Positions 19,148 to 28,621 are shown, counted from the stretch's first letter. The stretch: 64,000 bases of DNA from Anaerolineales bacterium (GCA_040902205.1 JBBDXR010000035.1:272-64271), one strand, 5' to 3'. The notes: generated by a model not told the origin, from the letters alone. Program-made: numbers and translations.

Positions 19148-19741
19148 ATGGCTAAGCCGAAGATCGTCTACCGAATCGCCTTATTTGCGCTCCCCATTTT
19201 GCTGTTGGCGGTATGGGCCGTTCCCGCCTTTGCCTTCCAGGACGAACCACCCATTCGCAAGGAGCAACACCTGGAGCTGAATCAGGACTACGAAGTGATC
19301 ATCGGCAACGGCGGCGTCTTCATTGATGATGCGCAGTACATCGATAGCACGCTGGTGGTGAAAGCCGAGCAGCCGCTCACGAAATTCGGCTTCCATTGGC
19401 ACCAATTTACCCAGCGCACGCTCGACATCCGCATCTACGATAAGACCGGCGACCAGTTCAAATGGGTATACGGTCTGGTGCGCGTGTACTTCAATTTGGA
19501 CAAGTTCCAATACGATAAATGGATCGACGAAGAAGCCAACATGAGCATCTGGTACTTCGATGAGCTGGGTGGGGGCTGGCGCAAGTGCGTGACGCACTGG
19601 GAGGCTGTGCCTGGCCTGGCCAAGGGCCGGCTGTGGTGCGTGGTGCGTTACTACACGCGCTATGGCCTCGCTTGGACGCAGCCAACCTTGCTGATGAAAG
19701 CGATCAAGCTGGGCACGATCACGGTGACTCCGACGCCGTAA
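19148..19741 (+). CDS. Secreted hypothetical protein
   Basis: Signal peptide (IALFALPILLLAVWAVPAFA); start could be 19112-19148. Confidence 0.75.
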   Translation: MAKPKIVYRIALFALPILLLAVWAVPAFAFQDEPPIRKEQHLELNQDYEVIIGNGGVFIDDAQYIDSTLVVKAEQPLTKFGFHWHQFTQRTLDIRIYDKTGDQFKWVYGLVRVYFNLDKFQYDKWIDEEANMSIWYFDELGGGWRKCVTHWEAVPGLAKGRLWCVVRYYTRYGLAWTQPTLLMKAIKLGTITVTPTP

Positions 19742-19748
19742 AAACCGA

Positions 19749-19968
19749 TGTCATTCCGAGCGGGTCTTTGAGCCACACCCAGGGGAAAAGATGGACCAGC
19801 GAGGAATCCACAGGTTCAACTCTTCCAATGTCACTCGTTCTTGCTGCGTTTGTTGGCTGATACCACTATGCAAAAGTGGATGCACCAGAGAGATTTGATC
19901 CTGAGGATTCTTCGGCTATCTAGATTACCAATTCGGGTGTAATCCTAGGCTGCCGCCTCAGAATGACA
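19749..19968. repeat. Approx. 220-bp composite palindromic repeat element (REP/MITE-like)
   Basis: Left arm TGTCATTCCGAGCG...GCGAGGAATC (19749-19808); right arm GATTCTTCG...CTCAGAATGACA (19906-19968). The terminal inverted repeats match at 11/12 positions. Confidence 0.75.
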
Positions 19969-19984
19969 CAAAACACAACAAGAA

Positions 19985-20009
19985 AACGGGGCGGCATTGC
20001 CGCCCCGTT
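19985..20009 (-). terminator. Intrinsic terminator of pepF
   Basis: AACGGGGCGGCA-T-TGCCGCCCCGTT hairpin followed on the minus strand by TTTCTTGTT. Confidence 0.75.
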
Positions 20010-20033
20010 CGTATTTTGTGAGGACAAACGAGC

Positions 20034-21959
20034 CTAGAGTTTTGCGTACTGATCCACGCGCTTGCCAACCACATTAAGGCTATCGGCCCAAAACTTCTTT
20101 TCGCGGATATTGATGTCGAAGCGGGCGGCCAGGGTGGCGGCGTCTCCCAGACCTGTGCTGCCCAGCAGGTTGCGGTAGTCGGTGGTGAATTCTTTGCCGC
20201 GCTGCTGGTAGATGGCATACAGGCCAGTGCCGAACAACAAGCCGAAGGCGTACGGGTAATTGTAGAACGAGAGGTCCGTTCTGTAGTAATGCGGCTTCCA
20301 GGTCCACATGTACTTATGAAGGTATTGCGGATCTAAGCCCTCGCCATAAGTCTGCTTCTGCGCGTCCTCCATGATTGCGCAGAAATCATCAGCCGAGAGT
20401 TCGGCCTTGGCGCGGCGCTCGAAGACTTCCTTCTCGAAGATGAAGCGCGAGGCGATGTCCACGATGACCTGCGAGGAGTTCTGCAGATCGTTCTCCAGGA
20501 TGGCCAGCTGTTCTGCCTTGGAGTTGGCCAGTTTCAGCGAAGCCTCGGTGACGATCGTCTCGCACATGATGGAGGCGGTCTCGGCCAAAGTCAAGGAAGT
20601 GATGGCCTGCAGGAAAGTCTTGCCGACCAGGCACCAGTTATGGTAGGCGTGCCCTAGCTCGTGCGCAACGGTTCCCAATTGTTCGAGCGAGCCGTTGAAG
20701 TTGGCCAGGATGCGCGACTCGTCCACGCCGGGCACTTCCATGCAGAAGGCGCCGCCGCTTTTACCATCACGCATTTCTGCGTCAATCCAGCTATTGTCGA
20801 AAGCCCGTTTGGCCAGGTCGTGCAGATCCTCCGAGAAGGTGCCGAACTGCTCCAGGATGAAGTCGCGCGTCTGCTCGAACGTGTAGACCGTGTCGGTCTT
20901 ACCCATGGGAGCAAATACGTCGTACCAAGGGAGCTGCTTCTTGCCGAGCTTCTTGGCCTTGGCCTGGTAATAGCGCCGGAACATCGGGAAGGAGTCGTGG
21001 ATGGCTTCCATGAGCGCGTCCAGGGTCTGGCGGTCGATGCGCGCCGTGTCGATGGAGGCATGCAGCGCGTCCTTGCGGCCGCGGCGCTTGTCAATCGTAT
21101 TGGTTTCTCCCTTTACTCCATTCAGGGCTGCCGCGTAAGTCTCTTTATTCTTCTCCCAAACTTCCAGTTCGGCCTCGTAGCCGCGCTTGCGCGTATCGCC
21201 ATCGGAGTGGTTGCGCAGGTTGATGAGGGCCGGCATAGGCATCCTTAGCTTTTTGCCGTCCACCGCGATCTCGGCGCTGAGTTGCGAAGTGACGGTGTTC
21301 TGCAGCTTGCTCCACGCATTGGCGCCACTCAGGGTGAGGTCAGCGGCCAGGTCTTCCTCGCCTGCGCTCATCAAGTATTGGGATTGCTCGTGAGTCTCCT
21401 TCAGGTAGAAGGCGTGGTCCTCCAGCGTTCCCGGCTTGGCGATCAGCTCGACCAACTGGCTCCCCATCGTGCCGACCCAGGCGCGGATCGCCGCCTCGTG
21501 CTTGCGCAAGCGCACTCCATGCTGTTCGAGTTCCGACTCGATGCGGCGTGCCTCCGTATTGAAAGAATCCGTGCTGGTGAAGGAATACGAATAGGCATTC
21601 AGAGTGAAGTAAAGGCGCAAGACCGCGTTGCGTTTGTCCAGGAGGTCGGTGAGTACTCGGGCCAGCTCGTCCATGCTGGTTTGCGCCGGGCCGGCTTCGT
21701 TCTTCTGGATCTTGTGCCTCTGCAGGAAGGAGTCGATCTCATCCAATTGCATCTTCAGGTCCTGGACTGCGGCCTCGAACTGGTCGCTGTTCAGGCCGGG
21801 ATAGACATTGCTCAGGTCCCAGCGCGGCACATTGCCAAGGTTCTTGGCTTGTACCTTGGCTGGTTTCACTGCTTTAGCTGCATTCTTGGCAGGCTTAATT
21901 CTGACCTTTTTGGCAGCCTTGGCTGGTTTGCTGGCTTTCTTGCTCTTCGTCTTGGCCAT
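20034..21959 (-). CDS. pepF: M3B oligoendopeptidase F with a Lys/Ala-rich N-terminal extension
   Basis: PRWDLSNVY, GKSGGAFC, HELGHAYH zinc motif, LAETAS, FYNYPYAFG. Confidence 0.94.
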   Translation of the reverse strand: MAKTKSKKASKPAKAAKKVRIKPAKNAAKAVKPAKVQAKNLGNVPRWDLSNVYPGLNSDQFEAAVQDLKMQLDEIDSFLQRHKIQKNEAGPAQTSMDELARVLTDLLDKRNAVLRLYFTLNAYSYSFTSTDSFNTEARRIESELEQHGVRLRKHEAAIRAWVGTMGSQLVELIAKPGTLEDHAFYLKETHEQSQYLMSAGEEDLAADLTLSGANAWSKLQNTVTSQLSAEIAVDGKKLRMPMPALINLRNHSDGDTRKRGYEAELEVWEKNKETYAAALNGVKGETNTIDKRRGRKDALHASIDTARIDRQTLDALMEAIHDSFPMFRRYYQAKAKKLGKKQLPWYDVFAPMGKTDTVYTFEQTRDFILEQFGTFSEDLHDLAKRAFDNSWIDAEMRDGKSGGAFCMEVPGVDESRILANFNGSLEQLGTVAHELGHAYHNWCLVGKTFLQAITSLTLAETASIMCETIVTEASLKLANSKAEQLAILENDLQNSSQVIVDIASRFIFEKEVFERRAKAELSADDFCAIMEDAQKQTYGEGLDPQYLHKYMWTWKPHYYRTDLSFYNYPYAFGLLFGTGLYAIYQQRGKEFTTDYRNLLGSTGLGDAATLAARFDINIREKKFWADSLNVVGKRVDQYAKL

Positions 21960-22014
21960 TGTCGTCCTTCTAGGGGAATGAGATTAGATGGTGGATTGTG
22001 ACACGAATACGAGC

Positions 22015-22317
22015 CTAGATCTGGGGAGCAGCGAGCCTCTTTTCAAGGATATAGGCTGCGGTGAAGGCCGCCCAATCGCCAGGGCTGCCTGCTGCCTTGA
22101 AGGCTTTGGAACTCTGATCGAGGGCTTCGGACAGCTCGTCCACGTCCGGTTGGCTGCCCAGCAAACCGGCGAGCCCGCTATCCAGCAGATACTCGGCATA
22201 CCACGCTGCCCATTGCTCGTCGCGTTCGCCGCCCAGTTCCACGCTTTCGAAATCGTGGTGGGTAGCCTGGGCGCGGCGCAACAGGCCGGCAAGCTTGTCT
22301 TGGACCAGATCAGCCAT
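22015..22317 (-). CDS. Hypothetical protein (100 aa)
   Basis: Compact ORF with a plausible helical sequence (DEQWAAWYAEYLL); no family recognised. Confidence 0.65.
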   Translation of the reverse strand: MADLVQDKLAGLLRRAQATHHDFESVELGGERDEQWAAWYAEYLLDSGLAGLLGSQPDVDELSEALDQSSKAFKAAGSPGDWAAFTAAYILEKRLAAPQI

Positions 22318-22344
22318 CCACGATTATTGTAACAGAGGGGTGGG

Positions 22345-23484
22345 TTACCCAATTAATCGTAGTCCATCGACCCCAAAACTCCAGCCCCTTGCTGGACGTG
22401 TTGGCTCCCAAGGCAAAGCCATAACCATGGATTTGGCCAGGATTAAAAGGAGCGGACCCCCCCGGAACCCAGGGAGCCGGGCTGACTTCGTCCCAGCGGA
22501 TCGAAATAGCACCCAGTAATCAACGCTTATTTCGCTAGTTGTGAAGAACGCGGCAAGCACCGATTCGCTGCCGCTATCGAACCGGAGGGTAACTTCCTCA
22601 CCGGCTCGACCGGCGCGGTACCAGAAAGTGATGCCCTGCGCGGCGCTCCAGTCCTGAGAATCGAGCGGGCGGGCCCAATATCCCCATTCTTGTAAGGCAA
22701 GCTGCCACCGGATGTACAAGGAGCTTCCCCCTTCCACGAATAGAGCGGAATCCACGTCAAAGGTAACAGCCGAGCCATCGCTGGTCACCCCTTCGAAAGT
22801 ACCCGGCGCATTGCCATCAATCGTGGCGATTCCGTCCTTTGGGAGTACAGGTTGACCATATGCATACGCATCCTCTATGGCTTCTCCTTCACGATCCCTT
22901 CCAACCAGCCGGCGACCTGCAGGTAGCCCACTTCGGGACCCGTGAGTTCACCCAGATTCATGGGCTCGGAGACTTTGCACGCACGCGGTGGAGCTCCGTA
23001 GAAAGTCTGATAAGCAAGGGTGCTGCCAGTGCTGGCCCCGATCAGACGTACCGCTATTCGAAAACGGTAGCGAGTGATGCCGCTGCCGGATAAAAACTCA
23101 CAGAGCTCAATTGCCTCTTTCTTTATTGGTCCAACGCAGGCCACCAACTGGGCATTCTCCAGATTGAGTGGACGCCACTCATCGTTGATCCGATCATCCC
23201 AGGAGCTATGCTCTCCGGGTGGATGGAGGATAACAATGGGGTGGATGCCGCTGCCCGCGTAAGCGGCCGCGCCTTCGATGGGCGTGGCCTCTGTCCAGAT
23301 CTCGCCGCCTCCCTCGTCTCTGCCAAGGCACGCGGGAGCCAGGATCAGCCGAACATGGTCAAGCGTAACGGGGCTCTGCGGAGCCTTGACCAGGTGTGGC
23401 ACCCGCAGATGGAGCAGAGCAGGCGAGAAGGGAGACGCTGAGCAGCAAGACAAGAAAAGCATGAAGCGGCCTAAGCATGGGCAT
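22345..23484 (-). pseudogene. Frameshifted lipoprotein: 4-Cys paralogue #4 fused to a CBM11-like carbohydrate-binding domain
   Basis: The lipoprotein signal (MPMLRPLHAFLVLLLSVSLLAC, ATG 23484) is in a different frame from the core domain (22875-23350). After a 1-nt slip near 22890 the frame continues IVEGEAIEDAYAYG...DWSAAQGITFWY...; two more slips (about 22505 and 22372) restore SIRWDEVSPAPW...FNPGQIHGYGF...EFWVDGLRL. Confidence 0.72.
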
Positions 23485-23491
23485 AAGGATC

Positions 23492-24073
23492 CTAAGGTTG
23501 GGCTGGAACTGCCTGGCCCTCCACGTATTCGCTAAGCCAGCCTTCAATGTCCCGGTAGGATGGCCGGGTTCCATAGAGGATCCTGGTTTCGTTTTCCTCA
23601 CTGCTTCGGCATTGGCGTGCATTTGCGCCCTGGAATCTTTGGCTGGCCACTTCTCGCCCGGTGCGCGCCTCCAGGATGCGAGCGAGGAGATCGGCACGGT
23701 AACGCGTGATATTAGGCCCGGTAATGAACTCGCACTCTTCAAGGATAGTGTCCTGCCACTCGAGGCAAACCACCAATTGCGCTTCCTGCGCTGAAACGGG
23801 GAGCCAGTTTTCGGGTATGTGATTGCTCCACCCGGATATCTCACCTTCTATTGAAGCAAGCACAATGGGATGAGGACCGGATCCATCGTAAGCCGCTGAC
23901 CCCGGGCTGCTTCCGCCGGCGCATACGGGCGCCAGGGCGGAGTAAAGATTCTGACGTGGATCGGATGGCCCTGTTGAGCTGGTCGCACATGAGACAGCGA
24001 AGAGCAGGATAGCCGCCGAGGGTCGCAGCCAGCCAGACAACTTTGAGGATGAACTGGGGAGCTGGATGCTCAT
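23492..24073 (-). CDS. Lipoprotein, unrecognised 4-Cys family, paralogue #3
   Basis: Lipobox-like FAVSC; shared motif HP..W..IPE.W.P...QLVVC...EEC...I.RY...EARTG...F.G..R.C...E...WL. Confidence 0.82.
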   Translation of the reverse strand: MSIQLPSSSSKLSGWLRPSAAILLFAVSCATSSTGPSDPRQNLYSALAPVCAGGSSPGSAAYDGSGPHPIVLASIEGEISGWSNHIPENWLPVSAQEAQLVVCLEWQDTILEECEFITGPNITRYRADLLARILEARTGREVASQRFQGANARQCRSSEENETRILYGTRPSYRDIEGWLSEYVEGQAVPAQP

Positions 24074-24318
24074 CAACACCTCCCGGCACGACCAAAGAAG
24101 CGGCAAACGCGCCAAACCGCGGCCCGGCTGGCGTATCTTAGGTAACTATATGTCTATAGAGAAGTAATACTCAGTGGATAATGTCCCTGGCGAACAAGGA
24201 CATTTGTCCAGTCAGGCTTGGCTCGCTCTGTTTATCGAGCAAACCCCCTGTTAGGTCGGATCCGAACGACAAGAGTTCCCCATAGCGGGTTGTAGGCTCC
24301 TGCCGTATTGCTGCGCGA

Positions 24319-24876
24319 TCACTTTCGGGATTGTCCATCCAACTGGTATCGTATATACACTGACAGCCAACCCCACACTACTCCAGGGTCTACATGCTTC
24401 CCGGTGAGTTCGGTCACGCTGATGGCTTCGCTGTGACCACAATGACGTGGCTCGGATCCTATAAAGAAATTCCCACCAATCGGGAACCCGCTGCGGGCCT
24501 CCACAACATTCACTATCACTCGGTATTGGTAACGGATAATGCTCGGGCCGCCATAATAGTTACATTCCTCAATATTCTGTTTAAGTTCCGAGATGCAAGC
24601 CACTAGCTGCAGATCGTCGATTTCCTTCGGATACCACTCTTCGGGAATTGAAATGTTCAGGGGATGATTCTCGCCGGTTGGGTAGACAAGAATGTAGGGA
24701 TGAATCCCGCCCACTAAAGGAGCCGCCTGGTCCATTCCCTCACCTGTGGCCCGGCATATGCGGGAAAGCTCGGCCTGAGGGAATTGCGTGCGTGAAGAAC
24801 AGGAGGCTAAAGCGGCCGAGCAAGCGAGAATTACCATCCCGATAACAACTCGATGTGGCAATGTAGGTTTCCGCAT
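24319..24876 (-). CDS. Lipoprotein, unrecognised 4-Cys family, paralogue #2
   Basis: Lipobox LASC; same conserved motif set. Confidence 0.82.
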   Translation of the reverse strand: MRKPTLPHRVVIGMVILACSAALASCSSRTQFPQAELSRICRATGEGMDQAAPLVGGIHPYILVYPTGENHPLNISIPEEWYPKEIDDLQLVACISELKQNIEECNYYGGPSIIRYQYRVIVNVVEARSGFPIGGNFFIGSEPRHCGHSEAISVTELTGKHVDPGVVWGWLSVYIRYQLDGQSRK

Positions 24877-24896
24877 AGGTGGACCTCCGCGAAAGG

Positions 24897-25466
24897 CTAT
24901 TGCTGCTTTTCAGCGCTTGGGTAAACGAAAGAAGCGAGCCAATCCTTGATTTGAGGGAACGTGATCACCCGGCCGAACAGGGCCGTTAAGTTCGCTGGCT
25001 CGGTAAGTCCGCACTCTCTCGGTTCCGATCCTTGGAACACGCGCTCAGCTACCAGACGCCCCGATTGGGCTTCGATGATCTGAGCGCTGAGGTCGTATCG
25101 ATATCGGGCAATACTCCCTCCTCCCGTATACGAACAGGTTTGGATCATCACTTCGGAGCTTTCGAGGCAAGCCACCAGCTCCACCTGATCGGCGTCAGCT
25201 GGCTGCCATTCCGCAGGCATTTCGAGATTCCAGGGATGGGAGGCTCCCGAAGCATCCTCCAGAAAGATGGGATGGATCTCGGATCCCGCAAAGGCAGCCG
25301 CGGCCGGGTAAGCTTTTCCCTGGCAAACGCGATTTAGTTCCCGCTCAAGGGCGAGATTTTTCTGATAAGCGGCTCGACTACCGGGTATCTGGGTAAGTGC
25401 CCAAAGGAATAAAGCCACGCCGGGAACGCAAAAAGCGATAAGCGTCCACTTGCATCCCTTTGACAT
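24897..25466 (-). CDS. Membrane-anchored protein, unrecognised 4-Cys family, paralogue #1
   Basis: N-terminal TM/signal segment; same conserved motif set. Confidence 0.82.
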   Translation of the reverse strand: MSKGCKWTLIAFCVPGVALFLWALTQIPGSRAAYQKNLALERELNRVCQGKAYPAAAAFAGSEIHPIFLEDASGASHPWNLEMPAEWQPADADQVELVACLESSEVMIQTCSYTGGGSIARYRYDLSAQIIEAQSGRLVAERVFQGSEPRECGLTEPANLTALFGRVITFPQIKDWLASFVYPSAEKQQ

Positions 25467-25545
25467 AACCCCAATATAGAGATTACTTGCTGCAATTACT
25501 TAGTGGTCTATGTCCTCGACTGATGAGGTCATTTGTCCAGACCAG

Positions 25546-26739
25546 CTAATTACGCGCCATCAGTGCGGTGAAGTCCCTGCCTGTGGGCTGCTGGAAGACG
25601 CGCAATTCGAACTCCTGCGCAGTAGCCAGCAGGTGGTCGAAGATGCTGGCTTGGATAGCCTCATATTCTTCCCAAACGGTGGTGCTGGTGAAGGCGTAGA
25701 TCTCCAGCGGCAGGCCGCTGGGGCCGGGGTCCAGTTGGCGTACCATTACGGTCATGTCCTTGCGAATGTCGGGGCGGCTGTTGAGGTAGGCGACCACATA
25801 GGCCGTGAAGGCGCCGACATTGGTGAGCCGCGGCTTGGCCGGCGCGGTGGCAACCGGCTCGCCGCCTTTAGGCTCCCAACCGCGCTGCTCGATGTAGTCC
25901 TTGAGCAATGGCTTTTCTTTCAGCTTTTCCAGGTCTTCCTGGCTGCAAAAGCGGATGGTCTGGATGTCGATAAAGATGGAGCGCTTGATACGCCGCCCGC
26001 CAGATTGGCTCATGCCGCGCCAATTCTTGTAGGACACTTCCATCAGCTTGTGGGTGGGGATGACGGTGAAGGTCATGTCGAAATTTTGGATCTTGATGGT
26101 GTGCAGCGACATGTTGGTCACATCGCCATCCGCGTTGAAGCTGGGCACTTCGATCCAGTCGCCTTCCTTCACCAGATCGTTGGCCGCGATCTGCACACTG
26201 GCGACCAGCGAGAGAATGGTGTCCTGGAAGACGAGCAGTAAAACCGCGGTGAGCGCGCCCAGCCCGCTTAACAGCAGCACCGGCGATTCATCGGTGAATA
26301 GCGATACGCTAAGAATGACGCCGACGGCAATGAACAGGATCTTGACAAGGTCGAGGTACCCCTGGATGGCCACGCCGGAATACATAGTGCGGCTCTCGTA
26401 GATGAGGTTGAAGGCATTGAGCAACGAGTTGACAGTAAAGATGGATAGCCAAAGGATCAGGAATAGCAACCCTTTGCTCAGGATGATTTCAATGTCGGGC
26501 CAAAAATACGAGAAGTAGTAAATAATGAGCAGCGGGGCCAAGGTTGCCAGGCGGTAGGGACGCAGGTGCTTGACCAGGATGTCGTCCCATTGGTTGCGCG
26601 TGCGCGTGGTCAGATAGATCAGGCCGCGGGCCACGAAGAAGCGGGCGACCAGGTAGGCCAGCAGCGCGGCCGCCGAAACCGCCAGGGCGGCATTCTCGGC
26701 GCTGCTTTGCAGCCAGGCGATGAACGCGTCGAAGTTCAT
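25546..26739 (-). CDS. MscS-family mechanosensitive channel (YbdG-like)
   Basis: LSGLGALTAVLLLVFQDTILSLVAS, GDWIE.P...ADGDV, NWRGMSQSGGRRIKRS, LPLEIYAF. Confidence 0.93.
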   Translation of the reverse strand: MNFDAFIAWLQSSAENAALAVSAAALLAYLVARFFVARGLIYLTTRTRNQWDDILVKHLRPYRLATLAPLLIIYYFSYFWPDIEIILSKGLLFLILWLSIFTVNSLLNAFNLIYESRTMYSGVAIQGYLDLVKILFIAVGVILSVSLFTDESPVLLLSGLGALTAVLLLVFQDTILSLVASVQIAANDLVKEGDWIEVPSFNADGDVTNMSLHTIKIQNFDMTFTVIPTHKLMEVSYKNWRGMSQSGGRRIKRSIFIDIQTIRFCSQEDLEKLKEKPLLKDYIEQRGWEPKGGEPVATAPAKPRLTNVGAFTAYVVAYLNSRPDIRKDMTVMVRQLDPGPSGLPLEIYAFTSTTVWEEYEAIQASIFDHLLATAQEFELRVFQQPTGRDFTALMARN

Positions 26740-27374
26740 GACTTTTTGACCGGGATCTGCGGCGGCAGCCGTTTCATTTCGAAGATGTCGTTTATGTGCG
26801 CGTAACCGTAACCGGATAAGCGCCCCACGGGTTGCAGAGCGCGGATGTCGATCTTGTAATCGGGCAACATCACTTCATCCGCCACGCGCAAGTGCACGAT
26901 CTCGCCGATGACGATCCAGCCGGAGCCGGGCTCCCCGTCGCCGATATCTACGATCTGGCGCAGCTCGCACTCGAAATTCACGGGACTTTCGGCCACGCGA
27001 GGCGGCCGTACGTTGACCGAAGGCGCCGCTGTGACACCGGCAAATTCGAATTCATTCATCTCGGCCGGCAATTCGGTGGCGGTCTTGTTCATGGCCTCGG
27101 CGGTGGCTTCGGTGACGATGTTGATGACATACTCGCCGGTGGCGCGAATATTATTCAAGGTGTCCTTGCTGGCGCCATCCAGACCGCGCACACCGGGGCA
27201 GAAGAGCAGGGTGGGTGGACGGGTACAAACGGCGTTGAAGAAGGAGAAAGGCGCCAGATTCGGCTGGCCTTTATCGTTCAGAGTGGAGACCCAGGCAATT
27301 GGCCTGGGCACCACGGTGCCCAAGAGGATGCGGTTCAGGTCTCGGCCTGCGATTTCGGCGGGGTTGATTTCCAT
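26736..27374 (-). CDS. Flavin reductase-like (FMN-binding split barrel) protein
   Basis: VVPRPIAWVST...NLAPFSFFN...KDTLNNI...PPRVAESPVNFEC. ATG at 27374 preferred. Confidence 0.92.
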   Translation of the reverse strand: MEINPAEIAGRDLNRILLGTVVPRPIAWVSTLNDKGQPNLAPFSFFNAVCTRPPTLLFCPGVRGLDGASKDTLNNIRATGEYVINIVTEATAEAMNKTATELPAEMNEFEFAGVTAAPSVNVRPPRVAESPVNFECELRQIVDIGDGEPGSGWIVIGEIVHLRVADEVMLPDYKIDIRALQPVGRLSGYGYAHINDIFEMKRLPPQIPVKKS

Positions 27375-27384
27375 GCAAAGGCGC

Positions 27385-28575
27385 CTAGCCGGCCGTGAAA
27401 AAGCTTCCTTCGCCTTCGTTGTCCAGCCAGGTGTCCTGGTAGCCGGGCTTCTCCAGCTCCAGAGCATCTGCGGTGAGGTGTAGCGGGTAAAAGGTGTCCA
27501 CCATCACCGCCAGCTCGTCGGTGCGCTTCTTGCCAATGGAGGCCTCGGTGGCGCCGGGTTGGGGGCCGTGCGGCAGGCCGAAGGGATGCAAAGTGATGTC
27601 GCAACGGTCGATGCTCTTGCGCGACATAAAGTTGCCTTCCGCGTAATAGATCACTTCATCGGACTGCACATTCGAGTGGTTGTAAGGCGCCGGAATGGCG
27701 TCCGGGTGGTAATCGTAAAGGCGCGGCACGAAAGAGCACAGCACGAAGTTGCGGCCCTCGAAAGTTTGGTGCGTTGGCGGGGGCAGGTGCAGGGCACCGG
27801 TGCGCGGCTCGAAGTCGTGGATGCTGAAGATCCATGGATATAGGAAGCCGTCCCAGCCCACCACATCGTGCGGATGGTGATCCAGCACATGCCGGCTAAT
27901 AGTGTCGCGCACTTTCACGCGCACCTCGAACTCGCCCTGGTCGGTGTGCGTGTCGAGCTGGCGCGGCACGCGGATGTCGCGTTCGGTGTATGGGGCATGC
28001 TCCAGCAGTTGGCCGTACTCGTTGCGGTAGCGGCGTGGCGGCTCAATGTGCGAAGGCGTCTCGACCACGAAGAAGCGCGCTTCCCTGCCGGAGAGCTCCA
28101 GCTTCCATGTGACGCCGAAGGGGATAACCAAATAGTCGCCTTCTTTGAATTCGAGAACGCCAAACTGGCTGCGCAGCACGCCGCTGCCCTCGTGCGTGTA
28201 CCAGCATTCGTAGGCCTGCGCGTTGCGATAAAAGTATTCCATGCTCTTGGTGGGGCGGCTGAGGCCCAGGGTCACGTCGTTATTGCCCATCAGGATGCGG
28301 CGGGCGGATACGGCATCGCCCCCCGCGGGAATCTCGGCCGTCTTGAAGGCGCGATGGCGGATGGCGCCGAAATCCACGTAGGCCGGCTTGGCCTCGCCCA
28401 GCAGCTCGACCTTCTTGATGCGCGGCGGCAGGAAGTGGTGATAGAGCAGCGACTGGATCCCGGAGAATCCTTCCAGCCCCATAACTTCTTCGCGGTATAG
28501 GCCGCCGCCATTGGGTTTCTTGAATTGGGTATGGCGTTTCTTGGGAAGTTGACCCAGGGAATGATAGAAGGGCAT
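27385..28575 (-). CDS. hmgA: Homogentisate 1,2-dioxygenase
   Basis: MPFYHSLGQLPKKRHTQF, HPHDVVGWDG, HLPPPTHQTF, CSFVPR, PYNHSN..SDEV.YY, LHP.G.PHGPQPG. Confidence 0.95.
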   Translation of the reverse strand: MPFYHSLGQLPKKRHTQFKKPNGGGLYREEVMGLEGFSGIQSLLYHHFLPPRIKKVELLGEAKPAYVDFGAIRHRAFKTAEIPAGGDAVSARRILMGNNDVTLGLSRPTKSMEYFYRNAQAYECWYTHEGSGVLRSQFGVLEFKEGDYLVIPFGVTWKLELSGREARFFVVETPSHIEPPRRYRNEYGQLLEHAPYTERDIRVPRQLDTHTDQGEFEVRVKVRDTISRHVLDHHPHDVVGWDGFLYPWIFSIHDFEPRTGALHLPPPTHQTFEGRNFVLCSFVPRLYDYHPDAIPAPYNHSNVQSDEVIYYAEGNFMSRKSIDRCDITLHPFGLPHGPQPGATEASIGKKRTDELAVMVDTFYPLHLTADALELEKPGYQDTWLDNEGEGSFFTAG

Positions 28576-28590
28576 GGGCGAAATCCTTTC

Positions 28591-28621
28591 AGCTGTAAGC
28601 TATAGGCTCTAAGCTTTAAGC
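28591..28621. repeat. 7-bp tandem repeat array (RGCTNTA), 3' flank of the four-helix-bundle gene
   Basis: AGCTGTA AGCTATA GGCTCTA AGCTTTA AGC; contains the gene's TAG stop. Confidence 0.8.
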
